Virus record (IMG/VR): IMGVR_UViG_3300033067_000289
Location: 1 to 35,615 of that record
Length of the DNA: 35,615 bases
Direction: 5' to 3' (one strand)
DNA from: a virus
Lineage: Duplodnaviria > Caudoviricetes
Shown here: piece after piece, positions 1 to 7,673 of the stretch
Layout: every line of letters starts with the position of its first letter
Numbering within the stretch: the stretch's first letter is position 1
The notes under the pieces: model-generated
Database searches by the model: none
Told to the model about the DNA's origin: nothing
Seen by the model: the letters and a program-made list of their open reading frames with translations, nothing else
Program-made: the position numbers and the translations under genes

Positions 1-1
1 A

Positions 2-157
2 GTGCCACCATCCTACCGCGCTGCGCTGGAGAGTTTCGCCCGCCTTGTTGCGGAGGATTGTGCGACTCTGGTTGAAAGCAACGCGGCGCAGTGCAGCGGC
101 ATGACTGCCGAATTGATGCACTCGAATGCAGACGCCATCCGCGCCCGCTACGCTTGA
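2..157 (+). CDS. 3' part of small phage early protein (VPPSYRAALESFARLVAEDCATLVE...ADAIRARYA)
   Basis: Frame 2 open from the window edge to TGA at 155-157; the LExFAxLV...C...AIRAR pattern is common in small phage proteins. Confidence 0.65.
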   Translation: MPPSYRAALESFARLVAEDCATLVESNAAQCSGMTAELMHSNADAIRARYA

Positions 158-181
158 CCACACCGACCCACCCGGTAAAAT
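154..181 (+). promoter_or_regulatory. sigma70-like promoter TTGACC-N16-TAAAAT
   Basis: TTGACC 154-159 and TAAAAT 176-181; predicted +1 near 188, where the first long stem begins. Confidence 0.6.
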
Positions 182-187
182 GGTGGG

Positions 188-667
188 GCCTTCAAGTATG
201 GTGATTGCTACGCAGCCTTTGTCGCTGCCGGGTTTTGAGGGCCATACAGTCACCATACTTGAGGGAACAACGGAAACGACTTAGGCATGTGCAGCGACAA
301 CGCACGCAATGACCCCCGTTGTGCCTTCACATCAGCGGCGGCGTGGATAGCAAGACGGCGAAAGCCAGAAGCAGCAGAGACACGCACAACAGACGAAATG
401 CGCCTGTTCGATTCAGGCGGGAAGATTGGAGTTGTGGCCCTGTCGGGAGTTTTCCGGGGTACACGATTGGGAGTGGCGCTAGTCGGCCACGAGCAGGAGT
501 TGTGCCCTGCCCGCTGATGTGAGGGTCAAAGCAAACGACGCTGCGGGATCGCGGCTGATGCTGGGTTGCACTGGTGGCCGCCCTCAGTCTTACGCCCGCC
601 TGCCATGCGCAGAACGGGTATCCGAAGCCCTTGCGCATCCGTGCGCCGGGGCTTCAGTCTTTATGTT
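188..667 (+). ncRNA. Candidate large structured non-coding RNA of unassigned class
   Basis: Stems 189-207/247-265, 267-273/316-322, 324-338/511-525, 341-345/381-385, 401-406/414-419 (TTCGATT loop), 432-439/485-492, 493-497/506-510; GAAA tetraloop hairpin 357-366; mismatches in the long stems read as G-U pairs on the + strand; no convincing ORF. Confidence 0.65.
624..667 (+). terminator. Probable intrinsic terminator closing the ncRNA region
   Basis: GAAGCCCTTGCGCA-TCCG-TGCGCCGGGGCTTC hairpin (624-655) followed by AGTCTTTATGTT; the U-tract is imperfect. Confidence 0.45.
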
Positions 668-744
668 CAGAATCCGCCCTTTTATGCACATTTAGCCCGG
701 ACGGATAAAAAAATCGCCAGATTCTGTACACGTCCGCGCTTTAC

Positions 745-1257
745 TCAGTCTCCCGACTGAACACACACAGGCCCCACCACATCGGTGATGTAAGCCTGAA
801 GGCCGGTTACTTGGACTGAGAGCCGGTCAGCGACTCCCGCCACGTCTGCATACTCTGCTGCGCACGCTGCGAGTGCGTCGGCTGTGGCGGTGGCTCCATG
901 AGCCAAGCTGCCGGGGGTGGCAGCGTCGGGCGCTCGGGCTGCACGGTCACGAATCGCGGCGATGGTGCGCTGCAACCCGTCAAGACGAGCAGCAGACACG
1001 GCGCGATCACGCGCCACTTGTTCACGTAGGTTTGCGGCTTCAATCTGGGCCTCCAGTGCGGCCATAGCCGCTTGTGTCGTTATGCGCTGGGCTTTGAGGT
1101 TTGCGTCTGCCAGCGCCTGCCGGTGCTGGTCTTGCCATGCCTGGCGCTCGGCCTTCACGGCGCGATCAATGACGCGCCCTGCGTGCCACTCATGCGCCCA
1201 CCATGCCGCGCCAGCAAGGGCCACAGCGCCCGCGTAGAGCCACAGGCGCGGCGTCAT
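745..1257 (-). CDS. Rz: Rz-like inner-membrane spanin
   Basis: N-terminal TM segment (LWLYAGAVALAGAAWW), Ala/Gln coiled coil, late Cys residues; directly after endolysin with ATGA overlap; contains a nested lipoprotein ORF. Confidence 0.85.
   Translation of the reverse strand: MTPRLWLYAGAVALAGAAWWAHEWHAGRVIDRAVKAERQAWQDQHRQALADANLKAQRITTQAAMAALEAQIEAANLREQVARDRAVSAARLDGLQRTIAAIRDRAARAPDAATPGSLAHGATATADALAACAAEYADVAGVADRLSVQVTGLQAYITDVVGPVCVQSGD
807..1043 (-). CDS. Rz1: Rz1-like outer-membrane lipoprotein spanin nested in Rz
   Basis: Lipobox LLLVLTGC followed by a Pro-rich segment (PERPTLPPPAAWLMEPPP), in an alternative frame fully inside Rz; exact start uncertain. Confidence 0.85.
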   Translation of the reverse strand: MKPQTYVNKWRVIAPCLLLVLTGCSAPSPRFVTVQPERPTLPPPAAWLMEPPPQPTHSQRAQQSMQTWRESLTGSQSK

Positions 1258-1874
1258 GCCAGCAGGCCCCGCAGCGCCTGATCGAACGCCGCCTGGCGCT
1301 CATGCAAGCCCACCATGCCGGGGCCGTTCACGGCTCGGGTGATGGCCTTCGTGTTGCTGGCATCAGCGAGGATGTTGAGCTTGTTTGTGTGCCAGTACCA
1401 CGCCGCGGTCAGGCATGCGTCGGATGGCTGGGCCACCAGGTCGGGCTGCTCGATGTAGGGGCGGGCCAACTCCAGCGCGGCGTCGGCGTAGTTGTGTCGG
1501 CCGGTGAGTTGGAACAGGCCGCGCCCACGGTATCGCCAGCCGTCACCGCTGGCCGGGTCACCGTTGCCAAGGCGCAGCGCATAGACACGATTGGCCAATG
1601 CTTTGGGGTTGCGTGTCAGTGTGGCAGCGTCCGCCAAGCTCGACACCCGCGATGGCCACATCTGCCTGATGCGCTCGGGCGTGGTGTACCAGAGATTTTC
1701 CTCCAGCCGGGTGAACCCCGCCGACTCATGAATGCACTGCGCCAGAAACGCAGCCAAGCGCACGGGCGTGCTGATGTCGAACAACGCACACGCCGCCCGC
1801 ATCGGCTCCGCGAACTGCCGGGCCTGTGTGGGGGCGATGCCTGCGGCGATCAGGGTGGCGGGGGTGATGTTCAT
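1254..1874 (-). CDS. Endolysin, glycoside hydrolase family 19
   Basis: FLAQCIHESAGF..LEENL, YRGRGLFQLTGRHNY and TRAVNG motifs; start reassigned to ATG 1874 (MNITPATL) after AAAGGGG RBS. Confidence 0.92.
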   Translation of the reverse strand: MNITPATLIAAGIAPTQARQFAEPMRAACALFDISTPVRLAAFLAQCIHESAGFTRLEENLWYTTPERIRQMWPSRVSSLADAATLTRNPKALANRVYALRLGNGDPASGDGWRYRGRGLFQLTGRHNYADAALELARPYIEQPDLVAQPSDACLTAAWYWHTNKLNILADASNTKAITRAVNGPGMVGLHERQAAFDQALRGLLA

Positions 1875-1890
1875 GGGTGGCCCCTTTGGC

Positions 1891-2673
1891 TTAGAACTTG
1901 ATGCAGTACAGAAGCGCGATGTTTCGGGGGCGGGTCTCCGTGCCACCTGTGGCTTGAGTTGTCCCTAGTTGATACCCGGACAGAAAACGAGGCGCGCCGT
2001 CACTGAGAATTTGAGTAGACGATGCGCCGTTTCCGTGTGTGTGCGATTGGATTTCTTGCGCCTGCGCAGAGCCGAAAACCCGCCCAGAATCCACTCCGCG
2101 CCCATCATCCCAGCCGCGAACAAACTCCCCGAGAAGGTTTGGAAGAGCGAAAGTTGTAGAACCGTCACCAGCGCCAAAAGTCGTCCCGATGGCTGCAAAC
2201 AATGCTGCGTATGTGGTGCGAGATACGGTTTGCCCGTTGGCTTTCAGCCATCCGGTCGGTGCGACATTTTGAGCAAAAGCCATCACCGCGCCCGGTGGCG
2301 CAGAGGCCGACAAACCAGCATCCAACTGCTGTTTAGGCACAGCATGCAACGCCGACGAAGCATTACCCGGCAAAGTCTGCGCCCCGGCGAACGTGTTTGC
2401 ACCCAGCGTGGCGCGGCCCGCCACGTCCGCAAACTGCTGACGGATGGTGACGGATGAGCCTCCGCTGACGACGAGCACGTCATAGAGCCCATCCGGCGCG
2501 TAGAAGGCAATCTTGCCGCCGCTGGTGGCGTTGAATGGGTTGCTCAGTGACGCGCCTGTCTCGTTTTGCAGTCCGGTGGCTGGCGTCAATGTGCCAGCTT
2601 GATAAACCGTCACCGTCGCGCCGGGCAGAACATTGCCCGACGTATCCTGAGCGAAGAATGTCTTGAGTTCCAT
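1891..2673 (-). CDS. Tail fibre protein 2 with tail-collar domain
   Basis: Collar motif PPGAVMAFA..APTGWLKANGQTVSRTTYAALFAAIGTTFGAGDGSTTFALPNLLGEFVRGWDDGRGVD; C-terminal ETRPRNIALLYCIKF. Confidence 0.88.
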   Translation of the reverse strand: MELKTFFAQDTSGNVLPGATVTVYQAGTLTPATGLQNETGASLSNPFNATSGGKIAFYAPDGLYDVLVVSGGSSVTIRQQFADVAGRATLGANTFAGAQTLPGNASSALHAVPKQQLDAGLSASAPPGAVMAFAQNVAPTGWLKANGQTVSRTTYAALFAAIGTTFGAGDGSTTFALPNLLGEFVRGWDDGRGVDSGRVFGSAQAQEIQSHTHGNGASSTQILSDGAPRFLSGYQLGTTQATGGTETRPRNIALLYCIKF

Positions 2674-2682
2674 GTTCGTGCC

Positions 2683-3702
2683 TCAGAACTTGAGTTGTGC
2701 GGAGAAGGGAACGTTGCGGGGGTGATTAACACCGCCCGATGATGATCTATCGCCGCCAGAGGCGCGAAGGCTTTCCAGAGTTTCTACGCCTTCATTAATA
2801 CCAGACCCCACAACCAAACGCCCATTTGTAATAGATGTATTAGGCGCTGGTGGGTCGCCTGCTGTGCCCCAGCCGTCTCTTGGTACTGTCACAGACGATT
2901 CTTGCCACGACCCAAAAACCCGCGCCGCGTCAATGCCGCGCCCGTCATCCCAGAATCGCGGGAATTCCCCCCGCACATCAAACGCCCGGAACGTCACTCC
3001 GTCCGGGTTGTCGGCCATGAGCAGGGTTCCGGCCTGCCACACGCCAGACGCCACGAATCGGCCATTGTGCAGGCCCCATGCACGCAGCGCGGCGTACTGG
3101 GTGCGCGACAGTGCCAGCGACTGAGAGCCACACAGCACATAGCCGGGGCGGGCTGTGGGTTGTGTCTCCATGCGGATCTCGCCCACGAACTGCGACGCAT
3201 AGCCCGTGTACGCCGCCCCATTGGCCGTGAACGACTGCCACGTCATGAGACTGTTGTAGTCGTCGTGCCAGATCGGCCCCACGTTGGAGGTCGGCAACGG
3301 TTCGCCGCTCGTCAGGAATCGGCGCTGATAGGCGTTCACCCACGTCGCCCCCGGCGTGCCGGGCTCGGTGTTGTTGCTGGCAGCCGTGGACAGCCAAGCG
3401 GCATTGTTGTGGTAGACCACAGCGTTGATGGGGTACGGCGCACCGGCAGACGCCCACAGCGCCGCGCCGCGTAGCTGCATTTCGCCGATGGCTTGCGTGG
3501 CCATGAACAAAATGCCGTTCATCTCTTCGCGCCCGACAGGCTTGTAATCAGGGTCAGGCACGCCGGGCGAGATCTCTCGCGGGCGCTCATAGTCGAAGCC
3601 CCAGCCCTGCGGAATGCTCACCGAGCCATCCACCTGCACGGTCGATGGGACGGTGATCTTGTCGCCGGTCTCGGCAAATGCGGTCTTGAAAATGAAAGCC
3701 AC
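2683..3702 (-). CDS. Tail fibre protein 1 (baseplate-anchored)
   Basis: Follows DUF2612; N-terminal FAETGDK..DGSVS..QGWGFDYE..REEMNGIL anchor; W..YPINAVVYHN repeat; collar-like GEFPRFWDDGRGID; GTG start with GGAG RBS. Confidence 0.88.
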   Translation of the reverse strand: MAFIFKTAFAETGDKITVPSTVQVDGSVSIPQGWGFDYERPREISPGVPDPDYKPVGREEMNGILFMATQAIGEMQLRGAALWASAGAPYPINAVVYHNNAAWLSTAASNNTEPGTPGATWVNAYQRRFLTSGEPLPTSNVGPIWHDDYNSLMTWQSFTANGAAYTGYASQFVGEIRMETQPTARPGYVLCGSQSLALSRTQYAALRAWGLHNGRFVASGVWQAGTLLMADNPDGVTFRAFDVRGEFPRFWDDGRGIDAARVFGSWQESSVTVPRDGWGTAGDPPAPNTSITNGRLVVGSGINEGVETLESLRASGGDRSSSGGVNHPRNVPFSAQLKF

Positions 3703-3706
3703 TTGG

Positions 3707-4339
3707 TTACTCCAACACGATGGCCAAAGGATTGAGCACCATCGGCACGGTTTCGCTCACTGTATAGCCCACGGAGGCCGGGCGCAACAGCAGGTCATAT
3801 TTCTGCAAGACGAACTTGAGAGAACTCGGCATCGTGAACGCAAACAGGTACTCTATGGTCATGTCCTGATTGTCCACCGCATAGGCCACGCCCCCGAAGC
3901 CAGAGAACACCGTGGCCAGTGTCTCGTTGATGTTGGGTAGGGTCGGGCGCTTGGTGATCTGAGCGTAGCGCAGCCGGATCACAAGGCGTTTCTGGGCGGT
4001 CGTCAGCGACAGTTCCCCCGCCTGCGCCCGCCCGAAGTTGCCCGCGCCGAAGTTCTCGTTGTTCGACCCGAATCCAAAATTCGCCTCATTGCCCGACGCG
4101 GGCGCATCGACGCCCAGGTTAACGTCAAGAATCCGCGCCCATACCGCAAGCCCGAAATCATTAGCCGTGTTGAAGTCGAAAACGTCGCGCAGCCAGTCGC
4201 GCCAGAACTGCACCTGTGCCGCGTCAAAATAGGCTTGCTCACCATCGACAATCTGACGCAGCCGTGGAGCACCCTCGTACTGCCACAGGATTGCCCGCAG
4301 CAGATTGGCGTTGGTGTCGATGGTCTGGATGTTGCTCAT
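3707..4339 (-). CDS. Baseplate wedge protein, DUF2612-like
   Basis: AILWQYEGAPRL and DFNTANDFGLAVWARIL motifs; sits between baseplate J and the fibre. Confidence 0.85.
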   Translation of the reverse strand: MSNIQTIDTNANLLRAILWQYEGAPRLRQIVDGEQAYFDAAQVQFWRDWLRDVFDFNTANDFGLAVWARILDVNLGVDAPASGNEANFGFGSNNENFGAGNFGRAQAGELSLTTAQKRLVIRLRYAQITKRPTLPNINETLATVFSGFGGVAYAVDNQDMTIEYLFAFTMPSSLKFVLQKYDLLLRPASVGYTVSETVPMVLNPLAIVLE

Positions 4340-4341
4340 GG

Positions 4342-5532
4342 TCAGACCACGTTGACCGTGATGGACGATCGTTGCAGCGTGGCAACCTCATCAAGCGCCA
4401 CGGTGAGCGGGGCGCTGCTCCACGTTGTGCCATCGGTGGACAGCTCCACGTTCGTCACCACAATGGACGGCTCGATCTGGTTGCACGCGCCGGAGAACTC
4501 AAACGGGTAGACGTTGGTGCCCACGGTCAGGCCCATACCGCCTTCAAGATCGCCGTTCACGTAGTCCATGATAGCGTCGCGGACCAAGGTTTGAACGTCC
4601 AGCGGCGTGTTGCGCACGGTCACGCGCACAAGCACCGGGATCTCGGTCGGGCGGTCAAACTTGACGGGCGTGATCTGCCCGCTGAATGGGTCAGTTACGT
4701 TGACGGTCGTGACTCCGTTGTAGGCCGCGCCCACGGTCTTGGTGTCGTACAAGGCACGGGCCACGTCTGCATCGCTGCCCCCCTGCACGCACGCATAGAT
4801 GGACTTGGCCACCATGCTGATGCCGTCGATGGTTTGCGTGGTGGCGGCGGTGTTTTCCCGGAACGACATGGATCGCACTGCGGGAATCGCCATGACGCGC
4901 GACACGATGGCTTCGGTGGTGGACACGGTTTGCAGCGCCAGCGTTTGCCGACGCAGCGCACGCGCGGCCACGTCCGATTGCTCGGGCGCACCTGGCACGG
5001 CGCTGGCCGGGTTCGTCACGGTCTCCCATCCCAGCACAGCAGACGCCACGGTGTCTAGGCCCGCGATGGGCACCTGAATCGCGCCCGAGTTTACCGCCGT
5101 CATGCTGCCGGTGACGGTGCCGCCTGCGCCGATGACCAGCGGGTTGTCCGTGGCGAACACCTCACCCGTGCCGGACACGATGGCTTGCGAGCCTGCCGGG
5201 ATGTTGGTGCCGGGAACGCCCGAGAACACCACGCCCGCAAGCGTGGAGCGCGTAGCAGCACGGCGCACGCCGCCCGTGAACGATAGCAGGGCATCCAAGA
5301 ACACGCCCCCGGCAATGTCGGGATTGATCTGGTTTGCCAATGCCGCATTGTTGCGGGCGATGGCGTCACGCTCTTCCGTCTGAAGCGTGATGATGACGCC
5401 TTGGGGCGTCTCAGGCGTGGCTACCAAGTCCTCACCAAACGCGGCCCGCCATTTGGCCTCCACGTCTGCGCGGATGGCCGCCGTGTCAGGGACGATGACG
5501 CCTTGGGATGTGATGTAGTTGTAGTCGCTCAT
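4342..5532 (-). CDS. Baseplate J/gp47-like wedge protein
   Basis: PETPQG, NQINPDIAGGVFLDAL, GTNIPAGS and WETVTN..G..EQSD..R motifs; 396 aa. Confidence 0.92.
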   Translation of the reverse strand: MSDYNYITSQGVIVPDTAAIRADVEAKWRAAFGEDLVATPETPQGVIITLQTEERDAIARNNAALANQINPDIAGGVFLDALLSFTGGVRRAATRSTLAGVVFSGVPGTNIPAGSQAIVSGTGEVFATDNPLVIGAGGTVTGSMTAVNSGAIQVPIAGLDTVASAVLGWETVTNPASAVPGAPEQSDVAARALRRQTLALQTVSTTEAIVSRVMAIPAVRSMSFRENTAATTQTIDGISMVAKSIYACVQGGSDADVARALYDTKTVGAAYNGVTTVNVTDPFSGQITPVKFDRPTEIPVLVRVTVRNTPLDVQTLVRDAIMDYVNGDLEGGMGLTVGTNVYPFEFSGACNQIEPSIVVTNVELSTDGTTWSSAPLTVALDEVATLQRSSITVNVV

Positions 5533-5535
5533 GCG

Positions 5536-5880
5536 TCAGCCCGTGATGGTTGACGTGCCGAACTCGGTCACGATGGTTGCTGTGTAGCCCAGCGTGTCGC
5601 CCACCTGCCGAGCGGACAGCTCCGGCACTTGCAGCACGCCGGGGCACTCCAAGATGCGGCGACGCATGACGGCTTCAAACTGCGACAGATTCGGCTGCGT
5701 GCCAAACGCCACGCCGAAGAATGGCACGCCTTGGTCAACCGCGTGGATCATCTCGCCCAGCAGCGTGGACGCATACTGCCGCGCAGTCTGAGAAACCGCG
5801 TCGATGCCTTGCAGCACCTGAAGCGTGCCCGTGGGCATCAGGTTTAGATCGTTGCTTGCGTCGGTGCCCAGCGTCCTCAT
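5536..5880 (-). CDS. Baseplate wedge / sheath initiator (gp25/W-like)
   Basis: 114 aa between spike and J; LGEM..DQGVPF and RRILECPGV pattern. Confidence 0.7.
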   Translation of the reverse strand: MRTLGTDASNDLNLMPTGTLQVLQGIDAVSQTARQYASTLLGEMIHAVDQGVPFFGVAFGTQPNLSQFEAVMRRRILECPGVLQVPELSARQVGDTLGYTATIVTEFGTSTITG

Positions 5881-6515
5881 ACAGGCCCCCCGGTATTAGA
5901 TGGCCCTGAGTCTACGCCGGAATGCACGTGCGTGGAGCCGACATTGGCCCCATTGTTTGTGAGCGTGCCGGTCACTGACACGTTGCCATTGATGACCACG
6001 GATGGCGCGTCGATCTGCACCTTGCCCGCGTGCAGGGACAGGCACACAGACCCATCCAGTGACTGAATCACCATTGCGTCGGCATTGGCCCCGGCCACCG
6101 TCCACCCGCGCAGCATGTCTGGGAAAAACATCCCATCGCTGAACGAGTGCTGACGCAGCGTGTTAGGCCAGTCCTCTTGCCCGCCCCGCTGCATAACGAG
6201 GCTGATATCCCGGTCGCTGGCTTTGAGCCACCCGAAGTCGCCGGCCTTGACCGGGAACCGAATGAAAAAGCCACCCGCGCCGAACCGAAACACCGGGATA
6301 TTGGCAACCTGCGCGCGGCTTACTTTGCGTCCGTCCGTGGTGCCCATCATGACGAGGGGTTTCAGCGTGACGCGGTTTGTTGACTCGTTGTAGCTCACCA
6401 CCCGCGCCGGGATCATGTCATCTACGCCGCGCAGGAATGCCGCCAGCACATCGGCCATCACGCCGGGCAATTCGGCGTCATTGGCAATGTCTAGATTCGG
6501 CGGGGCGATGGTCAT
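5877..6515 (-). CDS. Central baseplate spike (gp138/gpV-like)
   Basis: IPARVVSY..FPVKAGDFG OB-fold N-terminus, RQHSFSDG, terminal HxH motif THVHSGV; start ATG 6515 overlaps the upstream stop. Confidence 0.9.
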   Translation of the reverse strand: MTIAPPNLDIANDAELPGVMADVLAAFLRGVDDMIPARVVSYNESTNRVTLKPLVMMGTTDGRKVSRAQVANIPVFRFGAGGFFIRFPVKAGDFGWLKASDRDISLVMQRGGQEDWPNTLRQHSFSDGMFFPDMLRGWTVAGANADAMVIQSLDGSVCLSLHAGKVQIDAPSVVINGNVSVTGTLTNNGANVGSTHVHSGVDSGPSNTGGPV

Positions 6516-7327
6516 AGTCGGGAGCAAGTGGCGACGTAAAAAAACGGGTCGTCGTGGGTGGCTACCTCGAATTTTAGCTGTTCGATGGTGTAATCACCAG
6601 AGGCGGCCGGATTGAATTTTGAATCCAAGCGCAGCAACCCGCCAAGCGCCGACTCCCCGTCAATCAGGTACGTCACCTGCACGCCCTTCTCGGTGATCTT
6701 GGGCAGGCCCACTAGGCCGCTGTTGGAGTTGAGAATCCGCACCTTGCCTTGCAGGGCTTTGGCCGCGTCTTTGACGATCAGTTCTGTGTCGTCAATGAAC
6801 GCCCGCACGCCGCCCGCGTCTTGCAGCTTGTTGACCAGTTGCGAAGCCGGGCCGCTAAACGAGAAGTTGCCAATGTTCTTGTCTGTGGCTTGGAAGTTGA
6901 GCGACACACCAAGGCGTGACGCCACTTGCTGGGCGAGAGATTTCAGGCGCGTCAGCGCGATCCCGTCCACGCTGGTGATAAGGCCCTTGCTTGCCGCTCC
7001 GGTCTTGGCCTTGATGATGAGGTCAACATCAGGCGGCGGGCCAGGCTCCGCGCTTTCGATGTCACCCACAAACAGCCGGAACGTGCCCGTGCTCACCCGC
7101 CCGGCCTCCAAAATGAGGCGCTTGGGCGTGCGGTTGCTGTTGAACGGACTCGTTTCGGTCAGGATGAAATTGCGCACATCCGTGGACAGCCCCGAGATGG
7201 TCACCGTGCACTCGTTTTCGGTCGGGTTGGCCATCTTGGTGCCGCTGGCCTTGACGCGCAGGCCCTGATACCAATTGATGCGGCCCGAAACCTCGATGCC
7301 GACGCGGATGATGCGGAGGTCAATCAC
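6512..7327 (-). CDS. Baseplate hub protein
   Basis: Start reassigned to GTG 7327 (MIDLRIIRVGIEV); ILEAG..LFVGDI and SGLVGLP motifs; precedes the spike gene. Confidence 0.82.
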   Translation of the reverse strand: MIDLRIIRVGIEVSGRINWYQGLRVKASGTKMANPTENECTVTISGLSTDVRNFILTETSPFNSNRTPKRLILEAGRVSTGTFRLFVGDIESAEPGPPPDVDLIIKAKTGAASKGLITSVDGIALTRLKSLAQQVASRLGVSLNFQATDKNIGNFSFSGPASQLVNKLQDAGGVRAFIDDTELIVKDAAKALQGKVRILNSNSGLVGLPKITEKGVQVTYLIDGESALGGLLRLDSKFNPAASGDYTIEQLKFEVATHDDPFFYVATCSRL

Positions 7328-7673
7328 AATGCGTGCCGTGTGGGTCGAACGGGTCGAGCAGGTGAAAGCAGATCCACCGGGCCAGGTCGCGCCGCCACCC
7401 GTGGCCCCGCTTGATGTGGCGTGTGAGCCGGCCGGTAACCAGGCCCTCCCGGGGCAACTCCATGAACAGCACCGTCGCGATGGTGAGCTGCACGAACACG
7501 TCCAACAGGTAGCCAATGGCGTACATGGGGAACCCCAGCACGAAAGCCACACGGGACAAGCGCCCCTGCAACTTCGCCCGGTAGAACCCCATGACGAGCA
7601 CATAGAACACCCACAGGGCGTAGGTGATGGCCAGGCCGTGCAGGACGGCTGCGCTTGCGGATTCGATGGTCAT
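7320..7673 (-). CDS. Small membrane protein of unknown function
   Basis: Two to three hydrophobic segments, C-terminal WICFHLLDPFDPHGTHC; overlaps the genes on both sides (ATGA with the beta-helix gene). Confidence 0.8.
   Translation of the reverse strand: MTIESASAAVLHGLAITYALWVFYVLVMGFYRAKLQGRLSRVAFVLGFPMYAIGYLLDVFVQLTIATVLFMELPREGLVTGRLTRHIKRGHGWRRDLARWICFHLLDPFDPHGTHCD

Noticed and set aside
340-430. Canonical tRNA gene suggested by the GTTCGATTC T-loop at 406-414
   Set aside because: No matching acceptor stem, anticodon arm or CCA around this hairpin; kept only as a tRNA-like module
511-560. Hammerhead ribozyme (CTGATG at 514 and 555)
   Set aside because: Core needs CUGAnGA plus a downstream GAAA; here CTGATGT and CTGATGC without a correctly placed GAAA
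287-760. ORF-track ORFs 287-517, 319-522, 327-638 and 566-760
   Set aside because: No convincing RBS or protein motifs, mutually overlapping, and the region is better explained by dense RNA base-pairing
1891-3702. Diversity-generating retroelement or invertible fibre cassette
   Set aside because: The two collar copies differ at all base types rather than only adenines, are in direct orientation, and no reverse transcriptase or invertase is present
6512-7603. ORF-track N-terminal extension of the hub gene (similar over-extensions at 1946, 16591, 27727, 28052, 32869 and 34688)
   Set aside because: Extensions overlap real neighbouring genes or promoters and translate to implausible sequence; starts were reassigned
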